From Candidatus Bathyarchaeia archaeon (lineage in GTDB: Archaea > Thermoproteota > Bathyarchaeia > Hecatellales > Hecatellaceae), in the NCBI GenBank assembly GCA_038883335.1, contig JAVZMI010000007.1, forward strand, positions 3,278-67,277: a stretch of 64,000 nucleotides of DNA, written 5' to 3'. The notes beneath the pieces were generated by a model, which searched no databases, had not been told where the DNA came from, and saw nothing but the letters and a program-made list of their open reading frames with translations. This document shows, one piece after another, positions 28,055 through 37,637 of the stretch (position 1 is the stretch's first letter; each line of letters starts with the position of its first letter). Both the position numbers and the translations under genes were made by a program.

Positions 28055-29101
28055 TTAGATGGAAATTCTGCTTGCCGCCTCTTCCAGTTTGTTGTACAGC
28101 GTTCTACCGATGTCCCAAAAGAGCAGCACTATAATGGCGGCTACAACGATCTGTGATGCTGCAGCTAGAGCAGCACCGATGCCTGGGATTAAGACTATGA
28201 GCTGATAGGCAACCCAGTAGACTATTAAGGCCAAGATGATGAAGGAGAGGTCGAGGAAAATCCTATGTAGAAGGCTGCGCGCATTTGGTGACGCTAAGCT
28301 GGGCATCAGTCCAGTTAAGGTTTCAAGGGGAAAACCAAGGAGAGCAATGGCACTGGTAATGAACCGAACCGCAATTAAGCTAAGTACTCCAAGGATAATT
28401 ATAGAGATTACGAGGCTTAAAGAAATTCCAAAGACTGGGATTAAAATGTTGGAAGAGAATTCTAGCAAGGGCATGAAAGTGTAACTGAGGACGAGCACCC
28501 CAATCAAAACTAAAAAGGATATAACCACTTTCAGAGCCTTTTCGCCAACCTTGCCGAGTGGCAACTGCTTCGCCTCTGAACCCCAGACTATCCTACCTAT
28601 AGCGACCTCCAACTCCCTATAGGCTAATCTTCCGACTCCCCAAAAGAAAAGAACGACTATAGCACCCACAACCGTTTGCAGAGTAGCGGTAATAACAAGC
28701 CCCAAGCCGGGGATTAGGTTAAGGATTGGTGACGCTACCCAGTAAGCTATTAGGATTATTACTACAAGATAGAACTGAAGAATAAGTTTTCTTAACAAGC
28801 CAACGTGACTTGGAAATGTGCCCGGCATAAATCTAGCCAGCTTATCCGGTGTGAGACCGATGCGAGCCAGAACTGAGCCTATAAACCTGAAAGCTGCGAA
28901 CGAGAAGACCGCCGCGAAGATCACAAACACTACCATGCCTATGCCGATCTCTGTTCCCGGGATGAATATTTTAAAGGCGAAATTTATGAGTGGCAGAAGC
29001 GCATAACCAACTATTAATATACCGAGTAGTGATAAGATTTGTGTGACTGCTCCGCATATGCTCTTTACAATTCTTCGCGCTGGACGCCATTCTTTGCCCA
29101 T
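28055..29101 (-). CDS. polytopic membrane protein with an internal tandem duplication
   Basis: Two halves of ~165 aa align with each other: ...FRFIGSVLARIGLTPDKLARFMPGTFPSHVGLLRKLILQFYLVVIILIAYWVASPILNLIPGLGLVITATLQTVVGAIVVLFFWGVGRLAYRELEVAIGRI versus ...VRFITSAIALLGFPLETLTGLMPSLASPNARSLLHRIFLDLSFIILALIVYWVAYQLIVLIPGIGAALAAASQIVVAAIIVLLFWDIGRTLYNKLEEAASRI. No family was recognised. Confidence 0.6.
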   Translation of the reverse strand: MGKEWRPARRIVKSICGAVTQILSLLGILIVGYALLPLINFAFKIFIPGTEIGIGMVVFVIFAAVFSFAAFRFIGSVLARIGLTPDKLARFMPGTFPSHVGLLRKLILQFYLVVIILIAYWVASPILNLIPGLGLVITATLQTVVGAIVVLFFWGVGRLAYRELEVAIGRIVWGSEAKQLPLGKVGEKALKVVISFLVLIGVLVLSYTFMPLLEFSSNILIPVFGISLSLVISIIILGVLSLIAVRFITSAIALLGFPLETLTGLMPSLASPNARSLLHRIFLDLSFIILALIVYWVAYQLIVLIPGIGAALAAASQIVVAAIIVLLFWDIGRTLYNKLEEAASRISI

Positions 29102-29204
29102 AGTAGCTCATCGCCGGTCAGGTGGCGCCGCATGGGCACAATTTTTAATTAAATAATCAGGATAACCATTAATAAACTTGGCAAGATTTAATCGTGTTTA
29201 AGTT

Positions 29205-29585
29205 ATGGTGAGCTTCGTGAGCGAGTATCCTACCGTATTTGAGGCTGATCATGAAATTGTCGAGTTGAGGAAAGACTACTTGGCGATTTACATTAAACCT
29301 TCATCCATAGAAAGCCTAAAGGAACTGACAAAGAACAATGAGACAATATATGGAGCTCTGCTAACATTGCTTAGATGGGCTCATCACCCCATAATCCCAT
29401 TACCAGACATCGTGGATGTCTCGGTGGAGGTGATTCCTACCCCGCCTGGAGGGCGCGAGTTGGCTAGGTTGATCATCAAATCGAAGTTTCATGGGGGATA
29501 CCGTCTGCTTGAGGTACATTTAAGCCTTGGTGACGCTCAAAAGTTAGCTGCAGAGATCAAGGAGTTAATTTCTCCAAAGTTTTAG
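29205..29585 (+). CDS. hypothetical protein
   Basis: The 126 aa ORF lies 6 nt upstream of the TreT-like gene. No motif was recognised. Confidence 0.35.
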   Translation: MVSFVSEYPTVFEADHEIVELRKDYLAIYIKPSSIESLKELTKNNETIYGALLTLLRWAHHPIIPLPDIVDVSVEVIPTPPGGRELARLIIKSKFHGGYRLLEVHLSLGDAQKLAAEIKELISPKF

Positions 29586-29591
29586 CTACAT

Positions 29592-30932
29592 TTGAGTGGA
29601 GAAGTGACCGGTTGCTGGAGGGCGAGAGCAGTGACTCTCAAAGATTATGAGGGGATCGTCGGCGCCAAAGTCATAGAGGAAATTATGTCTCTGGGCGAGA
29701 GACTGCGTGGTAGAAAGGTTATCCACATCAACTCAACAAGAGTTGGTGGAGGGGTCGCGGAGATACTACAAAGGCTCATCCCCCTATTAAATGAGAGCGG
29801 TATGGAGGCTGAATGGCAGGTTATCACGGGAGATGAAGAATTTTTTCATGTTACAAAAAGCTTTCACAACGCACTCCACGGGATGCGTGTTGCGATCACC
29901 AATAAGATGTTAGAGTCTTACATTCGAAACAACGAAGAGAATGCTAAGCTCTTAGATCTAGACGATGCGGACTTTGTGGTAATACATGACTTGCAACCTG
30001 CCGCCCTCATTGAACACTTCCCAAAAAGACGGGGAAAGTGGATCTGGCGGTGTCACATAGACGTCTCAACCCCCAATCCGAGAGTCTGGGAATTTTTGAA
30101 ACATTTCATATCTCAATACGATGCGGCAGTGTTCCACGTAGAGAAGTTCGCTAAGAAAGACCTCCTAATAAGGCAGTTCATAATCCCCCCTTCAATTGAC
30201 CCCCTAAGCGAGAAGAACCGCGAGATACCGTCAGAGACGGTGGGCATGGTTCTGGAAAAGTTTCACATTAACCATGAGAAGCCCGTAATCTGCCAAATAG
30301 GTAGGTTCGACCACCTAAAAGACCCTGAAGGAGTAGTTAAAGTATACCAGCAAGTTAAGAGACCAGATGCTGTCATCGACATCCAACGGCTGATCAGAGG
30401 TGGGGAGCTGTTAGATGCTACACAGCTGGGCAAACGGGGAATCGACTGTCAGCTCATACTTGCTGGGGGGTTAGCGGCGGATGATCCTGAAGGCCAGGAA
30501 GTATTCCGAAATGTCCAAAAGCTTGTGAAGGGTGATAGAGACGCTCACATACTCCTCCTTCCCGCAGGCGCCGACTTGGAGATTAATGCTCTACAACGGG
30601 CTTCAAGTGTCGTCCTCCAAAAATCTTTGAAGGAAGGTTTCGCCCTTACTGTAAGCGAAGCCCTCTGGAAAGGGAAGCCTGTAATTGGCGGAAGCGCCGG
30701 CGGGATTCCTTTACAGATAATTAATGGTGTCAATGGCTTCCTAGTTAACAGTATAGGAGAGGCCGCAGAGCGTGCACGATTTCTTCTGAAACATCCGCAG
30801 AAGGCTAGGGAGATGGGTGAGGTGGGTAGGGAGTATGTAAAGAGGAACTTCCTCATTACGAGGCATGTTAGAGATTACTTGATGTTATATCTGACGCTAG
30901 AACTTATACCAGAGAAACTAGTTCAGGTTTAA
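29592..30932 (+). CDS. treT: GT4 glycosyltransferase, trehalose glycosyltransferring synthase (TreT)-like
   Basis: Characteristic TreT blocks are present: HINSTRVGGGVAE, FHNALHG, LQPAALIEHF, WRCHIDVSTPN, PPSIDPLSEKN, RFDHLKDP, DDPEG, NALQRAS and EGFALTVSEALWKGKPVIGGSAGGIPLQIINGVNGFLV. Confidence 0.7.
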   Translation: MSGEVTGCWRARAVTLKDYEGIVGAKVIEEIMSLGERLRGRKVIHINSTRVGGGVAEILQRLIPLLNESGMEAEWQVITGDEEFFHVTKSFHNALHGMRVAITNKMLESYIRNNEENAKLLDLDDADFVVIHDLQPAALIEHFPKRRGKWIWRCHIDVSTPNPRVWEFLKHFISQYDAAVFHVEKFAKKDLLIRQFIIPPSIDPLSEKNREIPSETVGMVLEKFHINHEKPVICQIGRFDHLKDPEGVVKVYQQVKRPDAVIDIQRLIRGGELLDATQLGKRGIDCQLILAGGLAADDPEGQEVFRNVQKLVKGDRDAHILLLPAGADLEINALQRASSVVLQKSLKEGFALTVSEALWKGKPVIGGSAGGIPLQIINGVNGFLVNSIGEAAERARFLLKHPQKAREMGEVGREYVKRNFLITRHVRDYLMLYLTLELIPEKLVQV

Positions 30933-31108
30933 CCAATCAATTCCAGAACTTCCACTCGGTGCTACACAGTGAAAAGCTTCACAATACTGTAAACATGCAT
31001 AATGTCACAGTAGCCGGAGCTATAGAGGTAGTAACGACAAGCATTGAGGCGAGCTAATTTGCTACGTCTTAATAAAGCAAAAGCTAAGTAGATACGTGGG
31101 GAGTAGAT

Positions 31109-31498
31109 GTGAATAAAGCCGACGAGCTTGGTTGTCCATACTTCGCAGGCGAATACGCCAGCCTCACTCTAGATCAGGTTCGAGAACGCCTATCAGATCT
31201 TCTAAGCCTAATCAAGGAACTCGAAATATGCCTAAAAGAATCGGAAGAGGACTTGGGGAGGATTTCGACGAGGTTGACACTTGCAATGGAGCAACTATCT
31301 GAACCCACCCCGATGCAACATAAACATGCACCAATAGAGTGGCACGCCACCGTCCTAAGTAAAGTTAAGGCTCTGAGGGAGGAGCGTTGGAGAGCTAGAG
31401 AACAGATTGAGCTTACTCAGCAGCGACTCATGGATGTTAAAAGCCGCATCGAATATCTAGAGAGCCTCCTCAAGCGCGCCTTGAGAGAGAAAAGCTAA
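31109..31498 (+). CDS. hypothetical coiled-coil protein
   Basis: The 129 aa protein has heptad-rich helical sequence and no recognised family. Confidence 0.35.
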   Translation: MNKADELGCPYFAGEYASLTLDQVRERLSDLLSLIKELEICLKESEEDLGRISTRLTLAMEQLSEPTPMQHKHAPIEWHATVLSKVKALREERWRAREQIELTQQRLMDVKSRIEYLESLLKRALREKS

Positions 31499-31527
31499 TA
31501 ATTGAGGAGGCTTAACCTCTTTTCCGG

Positions 31528-31602
31528 GCCCTGGTAGTATAGTCCGGTCTAGTATGCGCGGCTGTCGCCCGCACGACCCGGGTTCAAATCCCGGCCAGGG
31601 CG
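31528..31602 (+). tRNA. tRNA-Asp (anticodon GTC)
   Basis: It has acceptor GCCCTGG/CCAGGGC (7 Watson-Crick pairs), discriminator G, genomically encoded CCA, anticodon loop CTGTCGC and T-arm CCGGG-TTCAAAT-CCCGG. There is a single C27.A43 mismatch in the anticodon stem. Confidence 0.8.
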
Positions 31603-31686
31603 CCACGTCTCACTTTCAGCACCTTTTCTCTCTCCCACTGAGAGGCTCGGATCTCTAGGACTGCCAGTTGAGAAAGGGTTATTGGT

Positions 31687-32406
31687 TTGAAAGGCTTAAG
31701 AATGTTTAGGTATCTCGCCTTGGATGCGGAAAAAGCTCTGGTTGGAGAGGTCATCCGCCGCCGGATAGAGGGTATTAGGCTGAGGGATCCCTCCATGATA
31801 GCCTCGACTGTTAAGGTTGGATTCTATACAAAGTTCGACGACTGGACACCGAAGCTCCAAGAAGGATCTGAGGCTTTGAAAGAGGAGGAGGCCGCGTTGA
31901 AGGTTCTGTCGAGCTACAATTATAAAATGAGAGATCTCAGGATAGAGGTCCACGGCGGATGTGCTTGGGCTTCCTTCTATCTAGACTATGAGGGTGCTAT
32001 AAGGGGAAGTAGGTTCAATGTTCAATCGCGGGTATCTATGTTCCTCTTAGAGGAGGGAGGAGAGTGGAGAATCGTGCATGAACACTTCTCCATAATGCCG
32101 AAGGAGTTACCTATTCAAACAATGCCTGAAGAGGAAAGGTTTCAGGCCAAGGCTCAGGCTGAAAAACCTGTACTAGACGAGCTTGATGAGACTATACTAG
32201 CCGTGTTGGGGGATGGGATAGAGAGGAGCGCCCGCGAGATAACTATTTCAATCGTTGAGCTTAAAGGGCGGCCGGTTGAAGCGGCAGATGTTGTGGAGAG
32301 ATGCCGTAGATTGCTCGCCATAGGTTTGATAAAACAGACTAAAGGCGGTCTCTACCCTAAATATGTGATTGTCAGAAAAGGCGACTTTAAAAACGCAGTA
32401 GTTTAA
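31687..32406 (+). CDS. NTF2-like (SnoaL/ketosteroid-isomerase fold) domain protein with a C-terminal winged helix
   Basis: The middle region (HGGCAWASFYLDYEGAIRGSRFNVQSRVSMFLLEEGGEWRIVHEHFS) resembles NTF2-like domains, and the C-terminal ~70 aa are wHTH-like. This is tentative. Confidence 0.4.
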   Translation: MKGLRMFRYLALDAEKALVGEVIRRRIEGIRLRDPSMIASTVKVGFYTKFDDWTPKLQEGSEALKEEEAALKVLSSYNYKMRDLRIEVHGGCAWASFYLDYEGAIRGSRFNVQSRVSMFLLEEGGEWRIVHEHFSIMPKELPIQTMPEEERFQAKAQAEKPVLDELDETILAVLGDGIERSAREITISIVELKGRPVEAADVVERCRRLLAIGLIKQTKGGLYPKYVIVRKGDFKNAVV

Positions 32407-32534
32407 ACTTAGTGAGACATGTAGAGGCTCGCTGTATTAACCTTCACTTCTGAGTGGAGAAAAAGTTATATACGGGTTGTTTATTTTATTCATTGGTAAC
32501 TTTATGTTACTAACTAAATGGGGGATAGATAGAT

Positions 32535-33071
32535 ATGCCCGAAGAAGTGAAACCTAAGGAGCCAGGCACCACCCTACCAGCAAAGACAACCACAAGACGG
32601 ATGCTACATCCCACAATACGGCCATCATTACCCAGCTTCTGGGAAGAGGTGGACAGATTCTTCGACGAGTTCAGGCGTGGCTTCATAGATCTATTCTCGC
32701 CTTGGGCAGCTCCCCTAGCTCCGCCGCTTAACGAGATTAGGGAACCATGCTGCGACCTAATAGATGAAGGCACAGCTTACAGGATGCGGTTAGAGGTACC
32801 TGGAATACCGAAAGACAAGATTGAGATCCACGCAACCAATAATAGTATAGAGGTCAACGCTGAAGCAGCAACCGAGGAAGAGGAGAGGAAAGGGAAGAAA
32901 GTTGTCAGCCGAGAGCGAAATTACTCGAGGCTGTACCGTTGCATCACCTTACCGGAAGAGGTTGTACCGGAGAAGGCTGAAGCTACTCTGAAAAATGGCC
33001 TTCTAGAGATCGAAGTACCCAAGAAGACTCCGACACCCGAACCAAAGAAACATAGGGTCCAGATAAAATAG
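32535..33071 (+). CDS. small heat shock protein, Hsp20/alpha-crystallin family
   Basis: It has the alpha-crystallin domain (CDLIDEGTAYRMRLEVPGIPKDKIEIHATNNSIEVNAE ... LPEEVVPEKAEATLKNGLLEIEVPK). Confidence 0.8.
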   Translation: MPEEVKPKEPGTTLPAKTTTRRMLHPTIRPSLPSFWEEVDRFFDEFRRGFIDLFSPWAAPLAPPLNEIREPCCDLIDEGTAYRMRLEVPGIPKDKIEIHATNNSIEVNAEAATEEEERKGKKVVSRERNYSRLYRCITLPEEVVPEKAEATLKNGLLEIEVPKKTPTPEPKKHRVQIK

Positions 33072-33385
33072 AATCCTTCCTTTTTCTTTTTAATGAACCA
33101 ACCTCTTAGACTGAAGAAAATATCCACTCTGCTCTTGCTATGTGTACATAAATTAAACCTGTTGCAATTTTTTAGGTAACCACCAGTCAGAAGATAACTC
33201 TAGCGGATGGCAACCCCAAACCAACTCCTGTAAAGTGTCTAGGTGCCGCTTGATTCTCAAACGCTACAAGCCAAACTCGCCAATAGGTGACGCTTAAATT
33301 TACCTTCGCCTTGAGAATGTGTATCACTTCGTATATGTTGGAAATAAAAAGAGAGTTTTCCTCTGCGGGAGGAGGAGAACATTTG

Positions 33386-33538
33386 TTAATCGACTTTATG
33401 AGCTAAACGAAACTTCTTTCCGCAGTGCTCAAATAACTGCACATGTAGTTTTGGTCCTTTCTTTCCTTTAGGGATTACGTCCCACTCCTTGATGGGCGTT
33501 GAAACTTCAGCTCCACACTTCGGACATTTAGCCATCAT
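33386..33538 (-). CDS. small zinc-ribbon protein (50 aa)
   Basis: The minus strand encodes MMAKCPKCGAEVSTPIKEWDVIPKGKKGPKLHVQLFEHCGKKFRLAHKVD* with CxxC...C(x)C. It is below the ORF-track length cutoff. Such Zn-ribbon minigenes are conserved in archaea. Confidence 0.5.
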   Translation of the reverse strand: MMAKCPKCGAEVSTPIKEWDVIPKGKKGPKLHVQLFEHCGKKFRLAHKVD

Positions 33539-33825
33539 ACACCACCCTAATCTTCCAAATCCTTACCATTGAAGTATATAAGACCTTACTATTTGGGCTT
33601 CAGCTAGACTCTTCCACCTTTTAAGGGCTTCTATTCGAAAGTTTGCAGGTTCATATGTTTATGCTATAGACATGGGCGACTATACAGGGGATAACATTGG
33701 CGTTAAAGATGCTTGGCGATTTTGGTCGAAGATACATCATTGCCCTACGAATTAAGCGGACTCAGGAGATACCTCAAACTCGCTAATATACTCATTGCAA
33801 GTAACCATAAAACACTAATTTGCAG

Positions 33826-34398
33826 CTACGTACCGCCTTCCCACCTTCTATATAGGCTGTGCTCTATGTGGAACAAGTCTAGAACCTTGCCCACAACATG
33901 GTCAACTGCATCGCTCAGCGACTTAGGTTTGTGGTAGAAGGCTGGGGAAGCAGCCATGAGGGTGCCTCCAGCCCTCGCCACCCTCACCATATTCTCGAGG
34001 TGAATGAGGCTGAAAGGCATCTCTCTGACTACGATAACAACCCTGCGACGCTCTTTCAACGAGACTTCGACCGCGCGTAGGAGGAGGTTATCACTATACC
34101 CGCAGGCAATACCTGCTAGAGTCTTCATACTGCAGGGGGCGACTACGGCGCCTTCGACCACATAGCTTCCACTCGTGATCGGGGCCATCAGATCGTCAGG
34201 GGCATAGCATTTTGAGGCTAAACTTTTAACAGCGTCCAAGCTTAGCTCAACCTCATATTTGATGAGTTTCTCAGCCGCCTTGCTTACGACCAGATGGGTC
34301 TCAACCCCCAGCTCCCTTAGAACTTGGAGGAGCCTTACCCCATAGACAACCCCACTAGCGCCAGTGATACCTACTATAAGCCGCATACACATCCTCAA
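33826..34398 (-). CDS. ubiX: flavin prenyltransferase UbiX/Pad1 family
   Basis: It carries the flavoprotein signature RLIVGITGASGVVYGVRLLQVL and a conserved C-terminal region (GAVVAPCSMKTLAGIACGYSDNLLLRAVEVSLKERRRVVIVVRE). Confidence 0.8.
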   Translation of the reverse strand: MRMCMRLIVGITGASGVVYGVRLLQVLRELGVETHLVVSKAAEKLIKYEVELSLDAVKSLASKCYAPDDLMAPITSGSYVVEGAVVAPCSMKTLAGIACGYSDNLLLRAVEVSLKERRRVVIVVREMPFSLIHLENMVRVARAGGTLMAASPAFYHKPKSLSDAVDHVVGKVLDLFHIEHSLYRRWEGGT

Positions 34399-34594
34399 CC
34401 ATGAGTCTAACTATCTTCCAACCTGAAACCGTGGCTTCGCCACAGAACACTTTACACTAGGTGTAACTTATAATCTTGGCGCACCAACCCGAGGGAACTA
34501 TGACGTGAACTAACCTTGAATCATGAAGAAACCACTGCCGAGTATCAAGTCGTAGCGGAAACCTAAAGAGGTGTGATGAACTACTTTGAGTTAG

Positions 34595-35029
34595 GTGTTA
34601 ATTCTGAAAGCCAACAGGTTGGTGGTTGTGGACTATGATCTCTGCGTCGGCTGTCAGTGTTGCATGTTCGCCTGCACACGCCGCTTCGCGGAGGCCGGTC
34701 TCTCAAGATCTACAATACATATAAAATCCGCTGGAGGGTTTGAAAGAGGCTTCGTGGTTACAGTTTGTAAGGCATGCTCAGAGCCGCCTTGCATGAAAGT
34801 CTGCCCAACCGACGCGCTCGTATTCAGAAAGCCTGGGGGTGTAACTCTCATACCGAGCAAGTGCATAATGTGCAAGAACTGTGTAGATGCCTGCACTGTA
34901 GGCGCAGTGTTCTGGGATGAGGAGGTAAACAAGCCTGCCATCTGCGTTTACTGTGGATATTGTGTCGGCTATTGCGCTTACGGTGTGATAAAACTTCAAC
35001 CTGTAGGTGAGGGAGAGGATAGAAGATGA
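34595..35029 (+). CDS. 4Fe-4S ferredoxin-domain protein
   Basis: It has several CxxCxxC(xxx)CP clusters (CVGCQCCMFAC, CKACSEPPCMKVCP, CIMCKNCVDAC, CVYCGYCVGYC). It overlaps the AOR gene start by 4 nt. Confidence 0.75.
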   Translation: MLILKANRLVVVDYDLCVGCQCCMFACTRRFAEAGLSRSTIHIKSAGGFERGFVVTVCKACSEPPCMKVCPTDALVFRKPGGVTLIPSKCIMCKNCVDACTVGAVFWDEEVNKPAICVYCGYCVGYCAYGVIKLQPVGEGEDRR

Positions 35030-36795
35030 TTGAGGGCGATCCTATCTCGAGAGTATTGTATATTGACCTGACTAGGCGGAGGTCGTGGGTTGAGGAGCAA
35101 CCCGAACTCTTCAAAGAGCGTCTAGGTGGAACCGGCGCCGCAATAGAACTCCTCCACAAAGAGTGCCCCCCTAGCGTGAACCCACTTGGGCCGGAGAACC
35201 CCATCATCTTCGCGGTGGGCCAGTTGAACGGAGTTTTCCCTATCGCTTCTAAGATGGTAGCGATGTTCAAATCTCCTTTAACTGGAAATCTTGGAGAGAG
35301 CCATGGGGGCGGCCGGAGTGCTGTAGCTTTGAGGATGGCAGGTTACGGTGCACTGGTAATCAAGGGTAGGAGTGAGACGCCTATCTACCTGAGTGTTCAT
35401 ATGGATGAGGTTAGTTTCAAGGATGCCTCAGTTCTATGGGGCATGGGAAGCAGTGCTACAGGGCGTGTGATCCGAGAGCGTGAGCCCAAACCTGGGATAC
35501 GCACTATCATGCGTATAGGACAGGCTGGGGAAAGGATGGTCTCATACGCTTGCGTGGTAACGGAGACTTATAGACACTTTGGCAGGTTGGGGTTAGGCGC
35601 AGTTTTTGGGAGTAAGAAGTTGAAGGCACTCGTGATATCCGGGAGACGCAGTTTCAAGTTCAAAGACCCCAGACAGTACAGAGTTCTCTATGATGAAGTT
35701 TTTAATGCCCTAGTAACCTCGCCCCTAATGAAGAAGTATCACGAGTTAGGCACCTCGATGAACATCCTCCCACTCAACGAGATGAGAGCACTCCCAACCC
35801 AGAACCTTGCTAAGAGCGACTTCGAGTGTGCTGATGGAATCTCCGGTGAGACCTTCGCTGAGAGATACCTCGGTCGGAGGGTGGCATGCGCTCACTGCCC
35901 TGTAAGCTGTATTCACATAGCAGCCTTCAGGATTCCCTACGAGACCGAGCCCTACTTCTACAAGACCAAGATGATCTCATACGACTATGAGTTGATCTAC
36001 TCGTTAGGTGCCATGTTGGGGGTTGGAACTTGTGAAGGAATCCTCAAACTGATAGAAGAGGTGGAGACCCTAGGCCTTGACGCTATGAGTACAGGCGTCT
36101 CCCTCGCTTGGGCTACAGAGATGCAACAGAGAGGATTAATCACAGAAAGAGAGACAGCTGGGCTTAAGTTGCAATGGGGAGACTACGGCGTATACCTCAA
36201 CGCGGTAAAGAACATTGTAGGCCAACCAACTGAGTTCTACACTGCGCTGGCTCGTGGGGTTGACTACGCCTCTTCGAAGTATGGAGGTGAAGAGTTCGCG
36301 TTAGCGTTTGGGGGTAATGAGATGCCAGGCTACCATACGGGGCCTGCAGCCTATGTAGGCTACTTGGTAGGAGCCCGACACAGTCACCTGGATGGGGCTG
36401 GATATAGCGTGGACGAGAAATTTGCGAAAGCTGGTAAACACCCGACTCCTGAAGGTGTGGCTGAAGCCCTCATCGCTGAAGAGAAGTGGAGGCAGATTCT
36501 CTCCAGTTTAGTGGTCTGTTACTTCGGGAGAGGAGTATACACGCCCGAGATAGTCGCAAGGGCTTACAACTTGTTGGGTTATCAGTTAAGCTGCGAGGAT
36601 CTAGTGAAGATTGGAGCAGAAATACTTAGGTCGAAGTATAACTTTAAGTGTAGGGAAGGCTTCGACTTCGGGAAACTTAGAATACCTACCAGAATATTTA
36701 AATCGCCCACACCCTTAGGGCCGGTTACTGAAGAATTTATCAGGGAGAGTATTAAACACTTCAAAACGATTCTGGAATCAGCGCCAGAAGGGTAA
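35026..36795 (+). CDS. aor: aldehyde:ferredoxin oxidoreductase family (tungsten-pterin AOR)
   Basis: An AFOR_N domain (LYIDLTRRRSWVEEQPELFKERLGGTGAAIELL ... GQLNGVFPIASKMVAMFKSPLTGNLGESHGGG) is followed by an AFOR_C domain. The ~590 aa length is typical. Confidence 0.8.
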   Translation: MIEGDPISRVLYIDLTRRRSWVEEQPELFKERLGGTGAAIELLHKECPPSVNPLGPENPIIFAVGQLNGVFPIASKMVAMFKSPLTGNLGESHGGGRSAVALRMAGYGALVIKGRSETPIYLSVHMDEVSFKDASVLWGMGSSATGRVIREREPKPGIRTIMRIGQAGERMVSYACVVTETYRHFGRLGLGAVFGSKKLKALVISGRRSFKFKDPRQYRVLYDEVFNALVTSPLMKKYHELGTSMNILPLNEMRALPTQNLAKSDFECADGISGETFAERYLGRRVACAHCPVSCIHIAAFRIPYETEPYFYKTKMISYDYELIYSLGAMLGVGTCEGILKLIEEVETLGLDAMSTGVSLAWATEMQQRGLITERETAGLKLQWGDYGVYLNAVKNIVGQPTEFYTALARGVDYASSKYGGEEFALAFGGNEMPGYHTGPAAYVGYLVGARHSHLDGAGYSVDEKFAKAGKHPTPEGVAEALIAEEKWRQILSSLVVCYFGRGVYTPEIVARAYNLLGYQLSCEDLVKIGAEILRSKYNFKCREGFDFGKLRIPTRIFKSPTPLGPVTEEFIRESIKHFKTILESAPEG

Positions 36796-37007
36796 TTGAC
36801 GTATAAAAACACTAACAGCTCGGCCTCCAATACGCAGGTTCTCCAGTTACTGCCGTAGAACTTTTATATCAGCCAGCCACAGCTCCGAAGCTTGCGACAG
36901 CAAAGCAGATTTCTCATCTAGCACCGTAACTTTAGGCGAGTTTAGGCAGAGGCTCAGCGAGACTCAAACTTCATATCAACCCATAAATACTTGATGCTAG
37001 AGCTTAC

Positions 37008-37637
37008 TTGCTAACGCCGCTGGGGAGCAAACTGGAGATGCCAACGCGAACCCAGCTGAGGTCCATGGTGCATACGTACATGGAGGTCACACCCTTCATC
37101 CTACTCACGACTCTGGCGGAAATAGCTGCTGGAGCCTTCTTGTTAGACATTCGCGGTTTCTTCGAGCTGCTGCCAGGGCTTCTATTCCTTCTACCGGGAC
37201 TGATGGAGCTGAGGGGAAATGTGGCAACTTCCCTCGCCCAGAGGCTAGGTTCAGCGATTCACATAGGGCTTGTAAGCTGGGATAAAGGCTACAATAACAT
37301 CCTTAGGAGTAACGTTGAATCTTCGATAGCGTTAAGCCTGGTAGTATCAGGAGTTCTAAGCGTGGGAGTCTATCTATGGTCGCTCGTAGTTGGGGTACTC
37401 GTAGTAAACCTGCTCACCCTAATTCTATTAGCCTTCCTGACCGCGGCACTCTCAGCTGTAACTCAAGCCTTCTTAGCCGCATTCGTCGCAGTCTATGCTG
37501 CTTACAGAGGGTTAGACCCAGACAATGTCACAGCACCAGTTCTATCTGTAATTGGAGACATATTGACGATAGTCTTCCTCATCTTAGCTGTCAAGTTAGT
37601 ACTTTACCTGAGCCCGATCATTCAGCTGGTGGGTTAG
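37008..37637 (+). CDS. MgtE-like integral membrane domain protein (paralog 1)
   Basis: It has the MgtE TM-domain motifs PGLMELRGNVATSLAQRLGSAIHIG and C-terminal DPDNVTAPVLSVIGDILTIVFLILA. It lacks the cytosolic N/CBS domains of full-length MgtE. Confidence 0.65.
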   Translation: MLTPLGSKLEMPTRTQLRSMVHTYMEVTPFILLTTLAEIAAGAFLLDIRGFFELLPGLLFLLPGLMELRGNVATSLAQRLGSAIHIGLVSWDKGYNNILRSNVESSIALSLVVSGVLSVGVYLWSLVVGVLVVNLLTLILLAFLTAALSAVTQAFLAAFVAVYAAYRGLDPDNVTAPVLSVIGDILTIVFLILAVKLVLYLSPIIQLVG

